A DNA stretch of 64,000 nucleotides. Origin: Felis catus. Its lineage: Eukaryota. The DNA lies in NCBI RefSeq assembly GCF_018350175.1, contig NC_058373.1, positions 112,780,001 to 112,844,000 on the forward strand, given 5' to 3'. Made by a program: the position numbers and the translations under genes. Below are positions 51,573 to 64,000 of this stretch, piece by piece (within the stretch, counting starts at the first letter, position 1; every line of letters starts with the position of its first letter). A model generated the notes under the pieces. The model was not told the DNA's origin. It made no database searches and was given only the letters and a program-made list of their open reading frames with translations.

Positions 51573-53133
51573 AAGGCTTAAAACTAGTGAAATACTAAGT
51601 GCCCAATTCTGTCTCCTTGGTCCTTGACCCTACTTCAACAAAAGTTGTTTTTATATAGTTATAATCTTTGACTTTCGTTCTTTTAAATATGTGTATATTA
51701 TCAGGCTGAGACCTTTTCTTTTATTTCTGTTTTACTCATTAAAGGAAGTAAAGACTTAAAAACTGTCTAGAGTGCAAAATTAACAACTAGCTCTATGATT
51801 TCAGAAATCAATTTTAGTGAAATAGGTTTCTTTATTTTATTAAAAGCAAAATATTCAGATTTTTTTATATCAACATCAAGACATTTTCAGAAAATGTAAA
51901 TATAAACTTAAGCTAGAAAAAAGTTTAATACTTTACCTATTATAAACATAAGTTAACCATCACTGGCTTGTTATAATTTTAGGAGAGTTTCCCTTAACAT
52001 CACTCCTTAGGATAATCTCACTGTGTATGCCAAGTTACATTTACACAAATTCTAGTCATTCTAAGGAGAAAACAGAACTGAAAATGACCCATTTTTATTT
52101 TTCTTTTAGGAAAAAAAATGCTGTTGCATGGATTCTCTTTCCCTTCATGTGCTTGTTTCCTCTTCATTTATACATTGAATCAGTTGTCACTCATAAGGAA
52201 GCAGACTCTTCATGGATGGTTAACTTCCTTGTCAAGTGTTTCCAACCATGATGATAAAAAATAATAGTGAGGTTTGCATTCAACCTTTGAGTTGGATCAA
52301 ACTCAATTTTTAATGCAAAAGAGCATTGTAATTAAACCTCCTAGGCATTTTAGTTAGGTGTTTAAACAACAATACTATATATAGAAACATATTCAGTTTG
52401 TTCAACATATATTTACTAAACATCTGCTAAATGTCAGGTACTATGTTAGGTCCTGGATATACAAAGATAAATAAAACAAAACTCCTGCCCCATGGATCTC
52501 ACTGTAGTATAGGAGAGAGACAGATAAATAATGTGGTACTTGTCTCTTTTATTGGCTCTTACAGGCTTGCCTTCCCTTTTCAATTCCTTAAATATAAACG
52601 TTCTTTGGAGTTTTTGTCTTTGACCCTTTTCAGATCTTACACATTTACCTAGGATAACCTGATGAGTGTCACATATTATGTGATTTCTAGGTCTAGATCA
52701 CTTCCCAGAGCTTGCCTGAACTTCAGACTCGTACGTCAAATGAATACCTGCTGCTCATAAATATAATATGACCAATACTAAACTTATTTTCTTTACCCCC
52801 ACATGTTTCTTCTACATCCTCTGGAATCCATCCCTTGTTCTCCATCCCCACTGCTGTTGATTTAGATTAGGTCTTTATTATTAACATCCAAGGTTATTGT
52901 AATTGATTCACCTAACCCAGTTAGCATCCTTCCAATCCATTCTCCAATTTGATGCTAAAGTACAGACATACCTCAGAGATATTGCAGGTGTTCCAGACCA
53001 CTACAAAATAAAGTGAATATTGTAATAAAGCAAGAAAGTAAAATGAATTTTTCAATTTTCCATTGTATATAAAAAATTGTCTATGCTATATGAATTCTAT
53101 TAAATGTGCAATAGCATGTCAAATGTACTTGCA

Positions 53134-54505
53134 TTTTTTTAAGTTTTTATTTAAAATTTAGTTAACATATAGTATAATATTTGTTTCAGGAGTACAGTTT
53201 GGTGATTTGTCACTTACATATAATACCCAGTGCTCATCTCAACCAGTGCCCTCCTTGATATCCATCACCCATCTAGCCCATACCCCCGCCCACCTTCCCT
53301 CAAGAAACCCTCAATTTCTTATCTGTAATTAAGAGTCTTTTATGGTTTGCCTCCCTCTCTCTTTTCCCACTGCCCTATGTTCATCTATTTTGTTTTTAAA
53401 ATTCCACATATGAATGAAATCATATGGTATTTGTCATTTTCTGACTTATTTCACTTAACATAATACATTGTATCTCCATGCACATCATTGCAAATGGCAA
53501 GATTTCATTCTTTTTGATGGCTGAGTAATATTCCTCTGTGTGTGTGTTTCCACAATTTGGCTATTACTGATAATGCTGCTATAAACATCAGGGTACATGT
53601 GCTCCTTCGAATCAGCATATTTATATCCTTTGGGTAAATACCTAGTAGTGCAATTTCTGTGTCATTGGGTAGTTCTATTTTTGACCTTTTTTTGAAGTTT
53701 ATTTATTTATTGTGATAGAGAACATGAGCAGGCAAGGGGCAGAGAGAGAAGAAGAGAGAAGATTCCAAGCAGGCTCCGCACTCTCAGCACAAAGCGCAAC
53801 ACAGGGCTTGAACCCATGAACCATAAGATCATGACCTGAGCCGAAATCAAGAGTTGGAAACTTAACCAACTGAGCCACCCAGGCGCCCCCTATTTTTAAC
53901 TTTTTGAGGAACCTCCATGCTGTTTTCCAAAGTGGTTGCATCACTTTGCATTCCTACCAACAGTGTAAGAGGGTTCCCCTTTCTCCACATCCTTGCCAAC
54001 ATCTGTTGTTTCCTGTGTTGTTAATTTTAGACATTCTGACAGGTGTGAGTTGGTGTCTTATCATGGTCTTGATTTGTATTTCCCTGATGGTGAGTGATGT
54101 TGAGCATTTTTTCATGTGTCCATTAGCCATTGGTATGTCTTCTTTGGAAAAATGTCTATTCATATCTTCTTCCCATTTCTTAACTGGATTATTTGTTTCT
54201 TGGGTGTTCGGTTTGATAAGTTCTTTATAAATATTGGATAGTTACCCTTCATCAGATCTATCATTTGCAAATATCTTCTCCCATTCAGTTGGTTGCCTTT
54301 TAGTTTTGTTGATTATTTCCTTCGCTGTGCAAAACTTTTTATCTTGATGAAGTCCCAATAGTTCATGTTTGCTTTTGTTTCCCTTGCCTCCAGAAACATG
54401 TCTAGTAAGAAGTTGTTACAGCCAATGTCAAAGAGGTTGTTGTCTGTGTTCTCCTCTAGGATTTTGATTGTTTCCCATCTCACATTTAGGTATTTCATCC
54501 ATTTT
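53134..54505 (-). mobile_element. Carnivore L1 3' portion inside the Tigger element
   Basis: Minus [27 protein letters not shown]..., carnivore-type L1 3'UTR, T-tail at ~53134. Confidence 0.92.
53687..53890 (-). mobile_element. CanSINE inside the L1 inside the Tigger element
   Basis: Flanked by CTATTTTT(G/A)AC.TTTT. Confidence 0.9.
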
Positions 54506-54542
54506 GGAGGAATGTGCATACCTTAAATAAAAAATACTGCTT

Positions 54543-54676
54543 GGGGGGCACCTGGGTGGCTCAGTTGATTAAGCATTTGACTTCATCTCAGGTCATGATC
54601 TCACAGTTCACAACTTCGAGCCCCACATTGGGCTCTGTGCTGACAGCTCAGAGCCTGGAGCCTGCTTCAGATTCTG

Positions 54677-54720
<44 letters not shown>

Positions 54721-55020
54721 TTCCCCTCCCCTGCTCACGCTCTGTCTCTCTCTCTCTCATAAATAAATAAACATTAAAAAAATTTTTAATACTGCTGGGG
54801 TGCCTGGATGTCTCAGTCCTTTGAGTGTCCAACTCTTGATTCTGTTCATGTCATGATCCTAGGGTCATGGGACTGAACCCCACATAAGATTCTCTCTATC
54901 TATCTCTATCTCTGTCTCTATCTCTCTCTCTGCCCATTTCTCCTTCTACCCCTCTCCCCTGCTCATGTTCTCTCTCTCTCAATTTAAAATCAACTTTCTC
55001 TCTCTCTCAATTTAAAAAAA
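54543..55020 (+). mobile_element. Two tandem CanSINEs inside the Tigger element
   Basis: Heads at 54543 and ~54797; AATACTGCT occurs before, between and after. Confidence 0.9.
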
Positions 55021-57475
55021 ATACTGCTGAAGTATGCTAATCATCATCTGAGCTTTCAGCAAGTCATAATCTTTTTGCTGGTAGAGGGTCTCATCTTGAT
55101 GTTGATGGCTACTGACTGATTAGGATGGTGGTTGCTGAAGGTTATGGTGGCTGTGGCAATTTCTTAAAATAAGACAACAATGAAGTTTTTTGCATCAATG
55201 GATTCTTCCTTTCATGAACAATTTGGCTGTAGCGTATGATGCTCTTTGATAGCATTTTTCCCACAGTAGAATTTCTTTCAAAACTGGAGTCAATCCTCTC
55301 AAATGTTGCACTGCTTTATCAACTAAGTTTAGGTAATATTCTAAATCTTTTGTTGTCATTTCAACAACATTCACAGCATCTTCACCAGGAGTAGACTCCA
55401 TCTCAAAAAAGCACTTTCTTTGCTCATGCATAAGAAGCATTCCTCATCAGTTAAAGTTTTATCTTAAGATCTCAACAAATCAGTCTCATTTCCAGACTCC
55501 ACTTCTGATTCTAGTTCTGCTATTTCCACCACATCTACAGTTACTTCTTCCACTGGAGTCTCAAACCCCTCAAAGTCATCCGTGAGGTTTGGAATCAACT
55601 TCTTCCAAACTCCTGTTAATGTTAATACTTTGACCTTTTCCCATGAATCACAAATGTTATTAATGGTATTAAGAATGACGAATCCTTTCCAGAAGGTTTT
55701 CAATTAACTTTGCCCAGATCCATCAGAGGAATCATTATCTATGGCAGCTATAGCCTTATGAAATGTATTTCTTAAATAATAAGACTTGAACATCAAAATT
55801 ACTCCTTGATCCATGGGCTGAAGAATGGATGTTGTGTTAGCAGTCCCTAAAACAACATTAATCTCATTATACATCTCCCTAAGAGCTCTTGGGTGACCAG
55901 GTACATTGTCAGTGAGCAGTAATATTTGAAAGGAATCTTTTTTTTCTGAGTAGTAGCTCATAACAATGGGCTTAAAATATTCATATTATACCATGTTATA
56001 AACCACTGTGCTGTCATCCAGGCTTTGTTGTTCCATTAATAGAGCACAGGCAGAGTAGATTTAGCATAATTCTTAACGGACCTAGGATTTTTGTAATGCT
56101 TACTGAGCATTGGCCTCAACTTAAAGTCACCAGCTGCATTATTCCCTGACAAAAGAGTCGACCTGTCCTTTGAAACTTTGAAGCCAGACACTGACCTCTC
56201 TCCTCTATAACTCTGAAAGTCCTTCCAATAGATGGCATCTCCTTCCAATAGAAAGCTGTTTAGTCTACATTGAAAATATGTTGTTAGGTGCAGCCACCTT
56301 CATGAATTATCTTAGCTAGGTCTTCTGGAGAACTTGCTGCAGCTTCTACATCAGCACTTGCCGTCTTACCTTGCACTTTCATGTTGTAGAGATGGCTTCT
56401 TTCTTTAAACCTCATCAGCTGACCTCTGCTAGCTTAAACTTTCCTTCTGCAGCTTCCTCATCTCTCTCAGTGTTACAGATGTGAAAAGAGTTAGGGCCTT
56501 GCTCTGGATTAGGTTTGAACCTAAGAGAATGTTGTAGCTGATTTGATCTTCTATCCAGAACCTTCATAGTTCATTTTTATTTCAGGTAGATGCACCTCTA
56601 ACTATTGAATTTCATCCACTGATCACTGAGTAGGAAAAGTATGGGGACTAGGGCAGGGGAGACTGAAAGGCCTCCACAATTCTCTGAAATCCTGAATATT
56701 TTGCCTGTGAAAATTCTCCGACACCTACAATTATAGAAGCCCATAGAGGAGAGCCCATGATTCCTAAGAAATGTTCAGAACCGTTGAATCTGTGAAGCAA
56801 TTTGAAACTGTAACATCTCTAAAAAAAATTTTTTTATGTCTGAGAAGATTCAACAATAATTCCAGAAAACTAAGGATAAATCATATACAGAAATGCTGGA
56901 AGTGATTGCTGTCAAGGTCAAAGACATAGGGTAACTCTATGAAGGAATCTTAGAGTATAATACATGAAATACTTATAATGTTATAGAAAGAAGGTAATTT
57001 GGAAATCAAGTAGTCTCTCTTACTTTAAAGATAAGGGAAATTAAGACCAAAGAAGTATAATAATGTTCTTAAAGTTGGACACATAGTTATGTTTGAAGCC
57101 TAGGGTAACCTAGGATTCTTGACTCGTAGTCTGCTGTTCATTCCACTATAGCATACTACATCTCAAATCAATATGAAAATTATTCTTCTAAAACAAGTGC
57201 CTACATGTGCATTTATGTGCAAAGTATTGTTCATTTGTTTTAATCTTTTTGGACTACAGATGAGTTTTCTGTTGTCTGTGGCCTATTCTTTAACATATCT
57301 ACTATTTTCAGTTCCTATCTGCAAGCAAGGCCTTTAAAGAGCAAGTGCTCCACTGATTATAAATACCTTCCTTTGGTTTCTTGGGAGAGGCATACCTGGT
57401 GTAACAATGGATGATAGTATTTGTAAGACTACCACATATGATTCATCCTCTTTGCTTGTAAAATGCATGGCGTTT

Positions 57476-57700
57476 GGAGCGCCTGGGTGGCTCAGTCGGT
57501 TATGCATCCAACTTTGGGTCAGGTCATGATCTCACAGTTCATGAATTCCAGCCCTGCATGAGGCTCTGTGCTGACAGCTCAGAACCTAGAGCCTGCTTCA
57601 GATTCTGTGCTCCTCTCTCTCTGCCCCAAATTCTGTGCTCCTTCTCTCTCTGCGCCCCCCTCTCAAAAATAAATAGACATTTAAGAAAAAAAATTTTTAA
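57476..57700 (+). mobile_element. Feline CanSINE
   Basis: GCGCCTGGGTGGCTCAGTCGG head, A tail. Confidence 0.92.
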
Positions 57701-59845
57701 TAAAATAGAAGGAATGATGTGAATAAATTACAACTTTACATTTGCTACAGTACCAGCCCCTTACTGTAAAGCAGATTTAAATATTCTGGCATCATTCCTT
57801 GTAATTCCCAATCTCTTTCACTTAATGATGGAAAAACTTGAGCTTTCAAGAGAAAGAATTCTGCTTTCTTAGGAGCATTATTTTAGATGACATTATCTAG
57901 GCATTCTTATTTAAAATTACATTACCAAAGATTTTAGCATCTCTGACTTGGGTTCTTTGTTTTTCCATAAAGGACTTAAGCAATTCTAGTCAAGGAACCT
58001 GTAAGCTTTTCTGCTGGAACTAGTTTGAGACAGTAAAGTATCTTTTTTATAATGCTGACCACAGCAGAGGGACTGCCCCCTGTCTCTAACATAGTAGTTA
58101 GATAACTGCATATCTTCAGGCAGTGATCTAACGCAGAAATTCACTGCCCTCTTGAAGAAATTCAGAAGCCCCTAATTCCAAGTGGTAGGAGGTTCTCACC
58201 AAACTGGTTCAGACATCATGCTAGGAATTCATTAATTCCTCCTGACAGTTCAGAGGCTGTCAGAAAATAAGGAAAAAGGAAGCAAGATATACTGCAAGTA
58301 GCTTTGCCATCAAACATACTCTCTACCTTGCTTTGCTTTTTAAGTAGCTGAGGGACCTTGGGCAAGCTACATAACCTTTCAGAATCTCATTTCCCTCATA
58401 CATAAAAATAGAAATAATATCCACCCAATAAGGTCATTGTGATGTCCTGTTAAAGGAAAGAATATGTATAAATCATCTAGTGTTCACTAAGCTGTCATAT
58501 TTGGAATTTAGTAACTGATTTTCTTCCCTTCCTTCTACATGTTGGAATTCTAAAATCATAGCCTTAGGATAAGCACATTGTAAATTACGAAGTCAAAGCT
58601 AGAATTCCTTGGTTCAGCTGCAGTTGTTGATCCACGTTAACAATCTCTGGATCCCTATGCATTTTGTTGTAACTTGTTTTATATTTTCCACTCACCCAGG
58701 TCTTTCAGGCCTGTGCTTCCTACCTAATGAGAAAATTAAACAGTAGTTTTCACTGTTTTTCTGCTAATTTCTGGTTGAGCTTTATAAAATTAAAGCAAAG
58801 AATTGAGATAGTTATATTTTAAAAAGTTTGAGAAAGATATATTTTTATTATCCAAATTACTACCTAATTTTTACCTCCACCTAGTAAGGTCTTCACCTAG
58901 GATGATCCTGTTTACCTGAAGATATCTTTCTGGGAATTGGTCTGTGCTGGCATTTGCTGTAGGTTTTTCCATTAATGTGGCTGCTTGAATTCATTCATAA
59001 TTCCTTTCGGTTTGTCTCATCTTTTTAGACTCTTTAGTCCATAAACTTCATTACACTTCTAAAATGTGTACATCTCATTAAATCCTTCTATTTATGCTTC
59101 TGATTGCATCATTCCCTTTTTGCTTCGCCGTGCATTCCTCAAATATGAACATCCTTATCTATGTATTTGTGAGGTGTGTGTGCATATATGTGTTTATACG
59201 CTCGTAAGCACAACATCTAGGGGATATGCTCTTTTTCATATCCAAAGATTATGATTATATTACCCATCTGTTCTCTGTATTTGTGCTTTCAGGTACTATT
59301 TTCCTCCAATATTGTGGGTATAACACACATGGGCTGTTATCACAGTAGTCACAAGGCCCCTTTGTTTGGGGGAGTTATTTTTATGGTTATATAATTGAGT
59401 AAAATTAACTCCCATAGGACTAAGACCTATAACATTGGCCTAATTATCCCTATGTTGCAACCAGGTAGACTTATCTTCCTATTTCATACTTTCCTCTATG
59501 CATACCATCATATATTTCCATACATGTATCCTCTTTTTTAAAATAAAGCATATCATAAATATATCTCATTTTAGCAATTTCAATAGAAAATAATGTATAT
59601 TTAATCAAAAAAGTAAGGAGTTTTAATGATGTTTAAGTTAATTTACACAGCTCTATTGAATATATCTGAGGTTAAAACAAGATAAAGTCTTTAAATATGA
59701 TTCTTAGTTTTCCATTCTTTATGGATACCTCATTATCCTTTCACATTTTAAGTATGTTTGCTTTATTTGACATAATTTACTTAGTCTTTTTATTCAGTAT
59801 CTATTTTGAAGTGCCATAGTCTATGTTAAAACCGTAAAGTTATGA

Positions 59846-60513
59846 CTGGTGCAGCCACTCTGGAAAACACTGTGGAGGTTCCTCAAAAAATATTAACTAC
59901 CCTCCAACCTAGCAATAGCATTACTAGGAATTTATCCAAAGGATACAGGAGTGCTGATTCATAGGGGCACATGTACCCCAGTGTTTATAGCAGCGCTTTC
60001 AACGATAGCCAAATTATGGAAAGAGCCTAAATGTCCATCAACTGATGAATGGATAAAGAAGATGTGGTTTATATATACAATGGAATACTACTTGGCAATG
60101 AGAAAGAATGAAATCATGCCATTTGCAGCAACATGGATGGAACTGGAAGGTATTATGCTAAGTCAAATAAGTCAGTCAGAGAAAGACAGATATCATATGT
60201 TTTCACTCATATGTGGATCCTGAGAAACTTAACAGAAGACCATGGGGGAGGGGAAGGGGAAAAAATAGTTAACAAACGGAGGGAGGGAGGCAAACCATGA
60301 GACTCTTAAATATAGAGAACAAACTGAGGGTGGATGGGGGGGATGAGGGAGAGGGGGAAATGGCTGATGGGCATTGAGGAAGGAACTTGTTGGGATGAAC
60401 ACTGGGTGTTGTGTGTAAACGATGAACCACGGGAATCTACCCCCAAAACCAAGAGCATATTTTACACACTGTATGTTAGCCATTTGATAATAAATTATAT
60501 TTAAAAAAAAAGA
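59846..60513 (+). mobile_element. Relatively young feliform L1, 5'-truncated (ORF2 C-terminus, 3'UTR, A tail)
   Basis: Uninterrupted ...FIAALSTIAKLWKEPKCPSTDEWIKKMW...MFSLICGS* (59951-60223); AATAAA and A tail at ~60489-60511. Confidence 0.93.
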
Positions 60514-60599
60514 AAATGGTATACTCAAAAAATAAAACCATTATGATTCAGAATACAAGCAATGGCAAAATGTTTCCATTAAAATGGAACAAAATTAGA

Positions 60600-61068
60600 A
60601 TTTTTTAATGTTTATTTATTTTTGAGAGAGAGAAAGAGAGCCAAAGTCAGATATTTAACTGACTGAGCCACCCAGACACCCCAAGCCAACAGTAATTTTT
60701 GAAAGTCAATATCATAGTTGGTAATTTTATTATTTATTTCTTCTTGCATTCCATCTAGGAGCTTTATTTTATCATGTATTTTTTTCTTTTTATAAAATAC
60801 TTCTTGCATATTTTGCCTTTCTTTTTTTAATGAATTTTTCTTTAAATGTTTATTATGAGGGAAAGAACACACGGGAGCGCATGCCAGTGGGGGAGGGGCA
60901 GAGAGAGAGAGAGAGAGAGAGAGAGAAGGAGGGAGAGAGAGAATCCCAAGCAGGCTCCATGCTTAGCATGGAGCCTGAGGCAGGTCTGGATCTCACAACA
61001 ATGAGATCATGACCTGAGCCAAAATCAAGAGTGGGACACTTAACCAAGTGAGCCATCCAGGCACCCCC
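60600..61068 (-). mobile_element. Two minus-strand CanSINEs (internally deleted ~60600-60682; full ~60835-61068)
   Basis: TTTATTTATTTTTGAGAGAG tail and TGAGCCACCCAG/TGAGCCATCCAG heads. Confidence 0.88.
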
Positions 61069-62331
61069 TTTCTTTTAATAACCATGGCACTATCCTGATA
61101 GAGGACCAATGTTGAAAAAATTAGAAATAATTTTTAGTATAGTAGGATAGGTAGTTCAAAATTATGGAAATTAGAGTAAAAAAATTCTTTTTTCCTGTGG
61201 AGCACTTGACAATTTCTAGGACAATGACTGAGATATTACCAATAAAGAAAAGTTTAAATAGTTCAAACTATACAAAAAACATTTTGTTTATTTACTTGTA
61301 CCAAATCCTAACCATCAAATTCACCCCTTGGACTTAAGTACTACCCATTTACCAGTGACACCCTATTTATTTGACCTGGGTGTGGCAAAGTTTCCATGAT
61401 TAAGTACTAAAAGAAGTGAGCACTTACTCTCAACTGAAACATTTTCTGTGACCTTAAGAACATTTTATATATTTTTTTAAGTACTTCTCCTAAACTGTTT
61501 TATTTTAGTCAAGTTAAATGCTTTTTACAGTTACACAGTTGTTATTTTTAAAACTTAATATTTTACATATAGAAATGAATATAGGTGACACAGATGTGGG
61601 TTATCATACTCAGTAATAAAATAGATATCATGAAACCACAATACAACTTAAGAATTAATTTGTTACCAATTGCATTGCATCTTTTTTTATTGCTAAATCA
61701 TGACAATCATTTCTGGTAATCATAACACTTGCATTTATTCCAAATTCTGTAACTTTGCACAAAGCTTATTTTTATTTTATGACATAAGAACCATAACATA
61801 ATATTTGTCCTTACTCATTGCTTTGGCAGGTAATGAGCATCCCTAGATGAAAAAATACAAATACACAACATAATGCCCCTTTGAACAAGCTATATATTTT
61901 TAAAGCATAGAGATTTTCATTGTACTGCTCCATAACCATGACTTCTGGAGTAACTAGAGAGTAATTAATGTACTTGCTTTCATCATAGGGATATTCACCT
62001 CTCAATCATTCACTCTTTTTCAGTTTATACATGAAACTTTCACATAAATGAAGACTATAATGCATAAATGAGATCTATAGTGTACCAAAATGTTGTCTTG
62101 TCTTTCAAATATATAGTGAACATATGGAGAATAAATTATATTGGGATAGGTTGGAGGGGATCCACCATGTTAAATATTTAGTATCTGTTAAATAATCAAG
62201 AAGCCTTCTGTACATATGCTTTACTTCATTTTAAGGTTTTTTTTTAATGCTGTAACAACTCAAATCTTCATATGCTTCACCTTTCCTCTTAACCCCTAAC
62301 CTTAACTAATGTCTAATATTGTTCCTACCAA

Positions 62332-62586
62332 TAAAAATAAGGTAAAAACAGAGAGGGAGGCAAACCATAAAAGACTCTTAAATACAGAGAACAAACTGAA
62401 GGTAGCTGGAGGGGTATTGGGTGGAGAGAGGGGAAAATGAGTGATGGGCATTAAGGAGGGCACTTGTTGGGATGCGCACTGGATGTTATGTGTAAGTGAT
62501 GAATCCCTGAATTCTCCTGAAGCCATTACTACACTATATGTTAACTAACTTGGATTTAAATAAAAATTTAAAAATCAATAAATAAA
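62332..62586 (+). mobile_element. 5'-truncated carnivore L1 3'UTR with 18-bp TSD
   Basis: TSD TAATATTGTTCCTACCAA at 62314-62331 and 62587-62604. Confidence 0.92.
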
Positions 62587-63204
62587 TAATATTGTTCCTA
62601 CCAACAGTCATTTGGCCTGAGTAAGCATATGGTATCAAACCTGCCTTCTCAACTGTTTTGGTGACTACAATGGATAGCCATTAAGTCAAAAGTATCCTTC
62701 AGTAGCCTCTCACTAGATTGGATGGGATGGTGGTTTTTAAATGTTGCAGTATCAGTGCTGTCACAATGAACTTAAGTAAGCTTTTGAGGAATTTATAATC
62801 AACAGCAAACGGATTTATATCCATGTTTTATAAGAGGAAGTCTTAGACAATATATTTTCTTTTCAGCCTTCTGTTATCTGCCACATTCTTCCTATACTCC
62901 TGATTCATAAAACTGATAGTTTTATGATATGAATCATGATCTTTATGATAAGTTCTATGAATATGATAGATCTTAGCCAAAGTGAGGAGAAGGAATCAAT
63001 TTCCCAGACCACTGAACTCAGAGTTGCCCCTTGACTTCCTCCACAGCCTTCTTAGAACTAACAACACAGTGAACTTTACAGCTGTGAAATCATTTCAATA
63101 AGTGACTTTGAAAAATTAAGATGCTTTTCCTTCTTATATCCAAAAGTCATTTGGGTATCCTAACATCTTAATTTAGACACATAAATTTAGACATCTAAAT
63201 TTAG

Positions 63205-63507
63205 ATTTATATATATATATTATATATATATATATATATTATATATATATATTATATTTATATATATATATATATATAATATATATATATATAAAATATA
63301 TAAAATATATATAAATATAATATATATATATATATAATATATAATATATATATATAATATAATATATATATATAATATATATATATAATATATAATATAT
63401 AATATATAATATATAATATATATATAATATAATATAATATAATATAAATATAAATATAAATATATAAAATATATATATATATATATATAAATATATAAAT
63501 ATATATA

Positions 63508-63543
<36 letters not shown>

Positions 63544-63718
63544 AATATATATAAATATATATATATATAAATATATAAATAAATATATATATATAAAATA
63601 TATATATATATATATATATAAATATATATATATAAAATATATATATATAAATATAATATAAATATATTATATTTATATATATATGTATATAATATATATA
63701 TATATATATATATAAAAT
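63205..63718. repeat. ~510-bp interrupted (TA)n / (TATAA)n tract
   Basis: Essentially only A/T (one G at ~63686); explains the Y/I-rich ORFs. Confidence 0.98.
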
Positions 63719-64000
63719 CTGGGCCAGAATAAATGTCCATCCAAACAAATTAAATATACTACTTTTACCATTTAGATAATACATTTGGATTCAATGCTTA
63801 CAATTCATACTCAACTTTATAAATAGCTCTCTGTTTTGATTTCCATCTATATATGTCCATTGTCAACCATTTGAATCTGTAAAGACTCTTTCTGAAGATA
63901 TTTTTTAGGCCAGTCATCCCAGTGTAAAAAAGCTAGCACTCCAAAGGGTAGAGAATTTGTTAATGACTACTATTATTTGGGAAGCTGACTTGTATATAAG

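Larger units (their letters stand above)
52963..56560 (-). mobile_element. Tigger1-like (pogo/TcMar) DNA transposon fossil, interrupted by an L1 and SINEs, truncated at the right end
   Basis: TA|CAGACATACCTCAGAGATATTGCAGG terminal repeat at 52961-52990; minus ORFs 55195-56248 give DDE_1 motifs [36 protein letters not shown]. Confidence 0.93.

Noticed and set aside
55195..56248. Domesticated TIGD-like gene
   Set aside because: Fragmented by stops and frameshifts, N-terminal part missing, terminal repeat present
63239..63784. 181-aa and 160-aa Y/I-rich ORFs
   Set aside because: Translations of the TA microsatellite

Overview
Felid genomic DNA: the window is dense in carnivore SINEs, including the young cat-type SINEC_Fc form. 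It lies entirely within the gephyrin gene (GPHN, + strand). Three coding exons are recognisable: a 63-nt alternative C4-cluster cassette (5924-5986, LHSKLEGLKDELWRNRGYDLR), a 43-nt linker exon (7747-7789, VQSRCSSKENILRA) and the 138-nt exon that starts the E domain (49754-49891, [28 protein letters not shown]...). The ~42-kb intron between the last two holds a decayed antisense ERV1-class provirus (gag-pro-pol motifs, two diverged LTRs). Its 5' LTR is split by a MALSU1 processed pseudogene, which is itself split by an L1 and SINEs. That intron also contains a ~7-kb old L1 and a CpG-retaining solo LTR. Downstream are a Tigger1-like DNA transposon fossil and a ~510-bp (TA)-rich tract. About 30 SINEs plus L2/MIR remnants are spread throughout. 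Most ORFs in the supplied track are repeat-derived or chance ORFs. The best leads for undescribed biology are several strong splice-site/stop/polyA configurations in the repeat-free island around the C4 cassette, which could be poison exons or alternative last exons giving E-domain-less gephyrin; these are inferences only. No wholly novel system is demonstrable from the sequence alone. Repeat boundaries and subfamily names are by-eye estimates.
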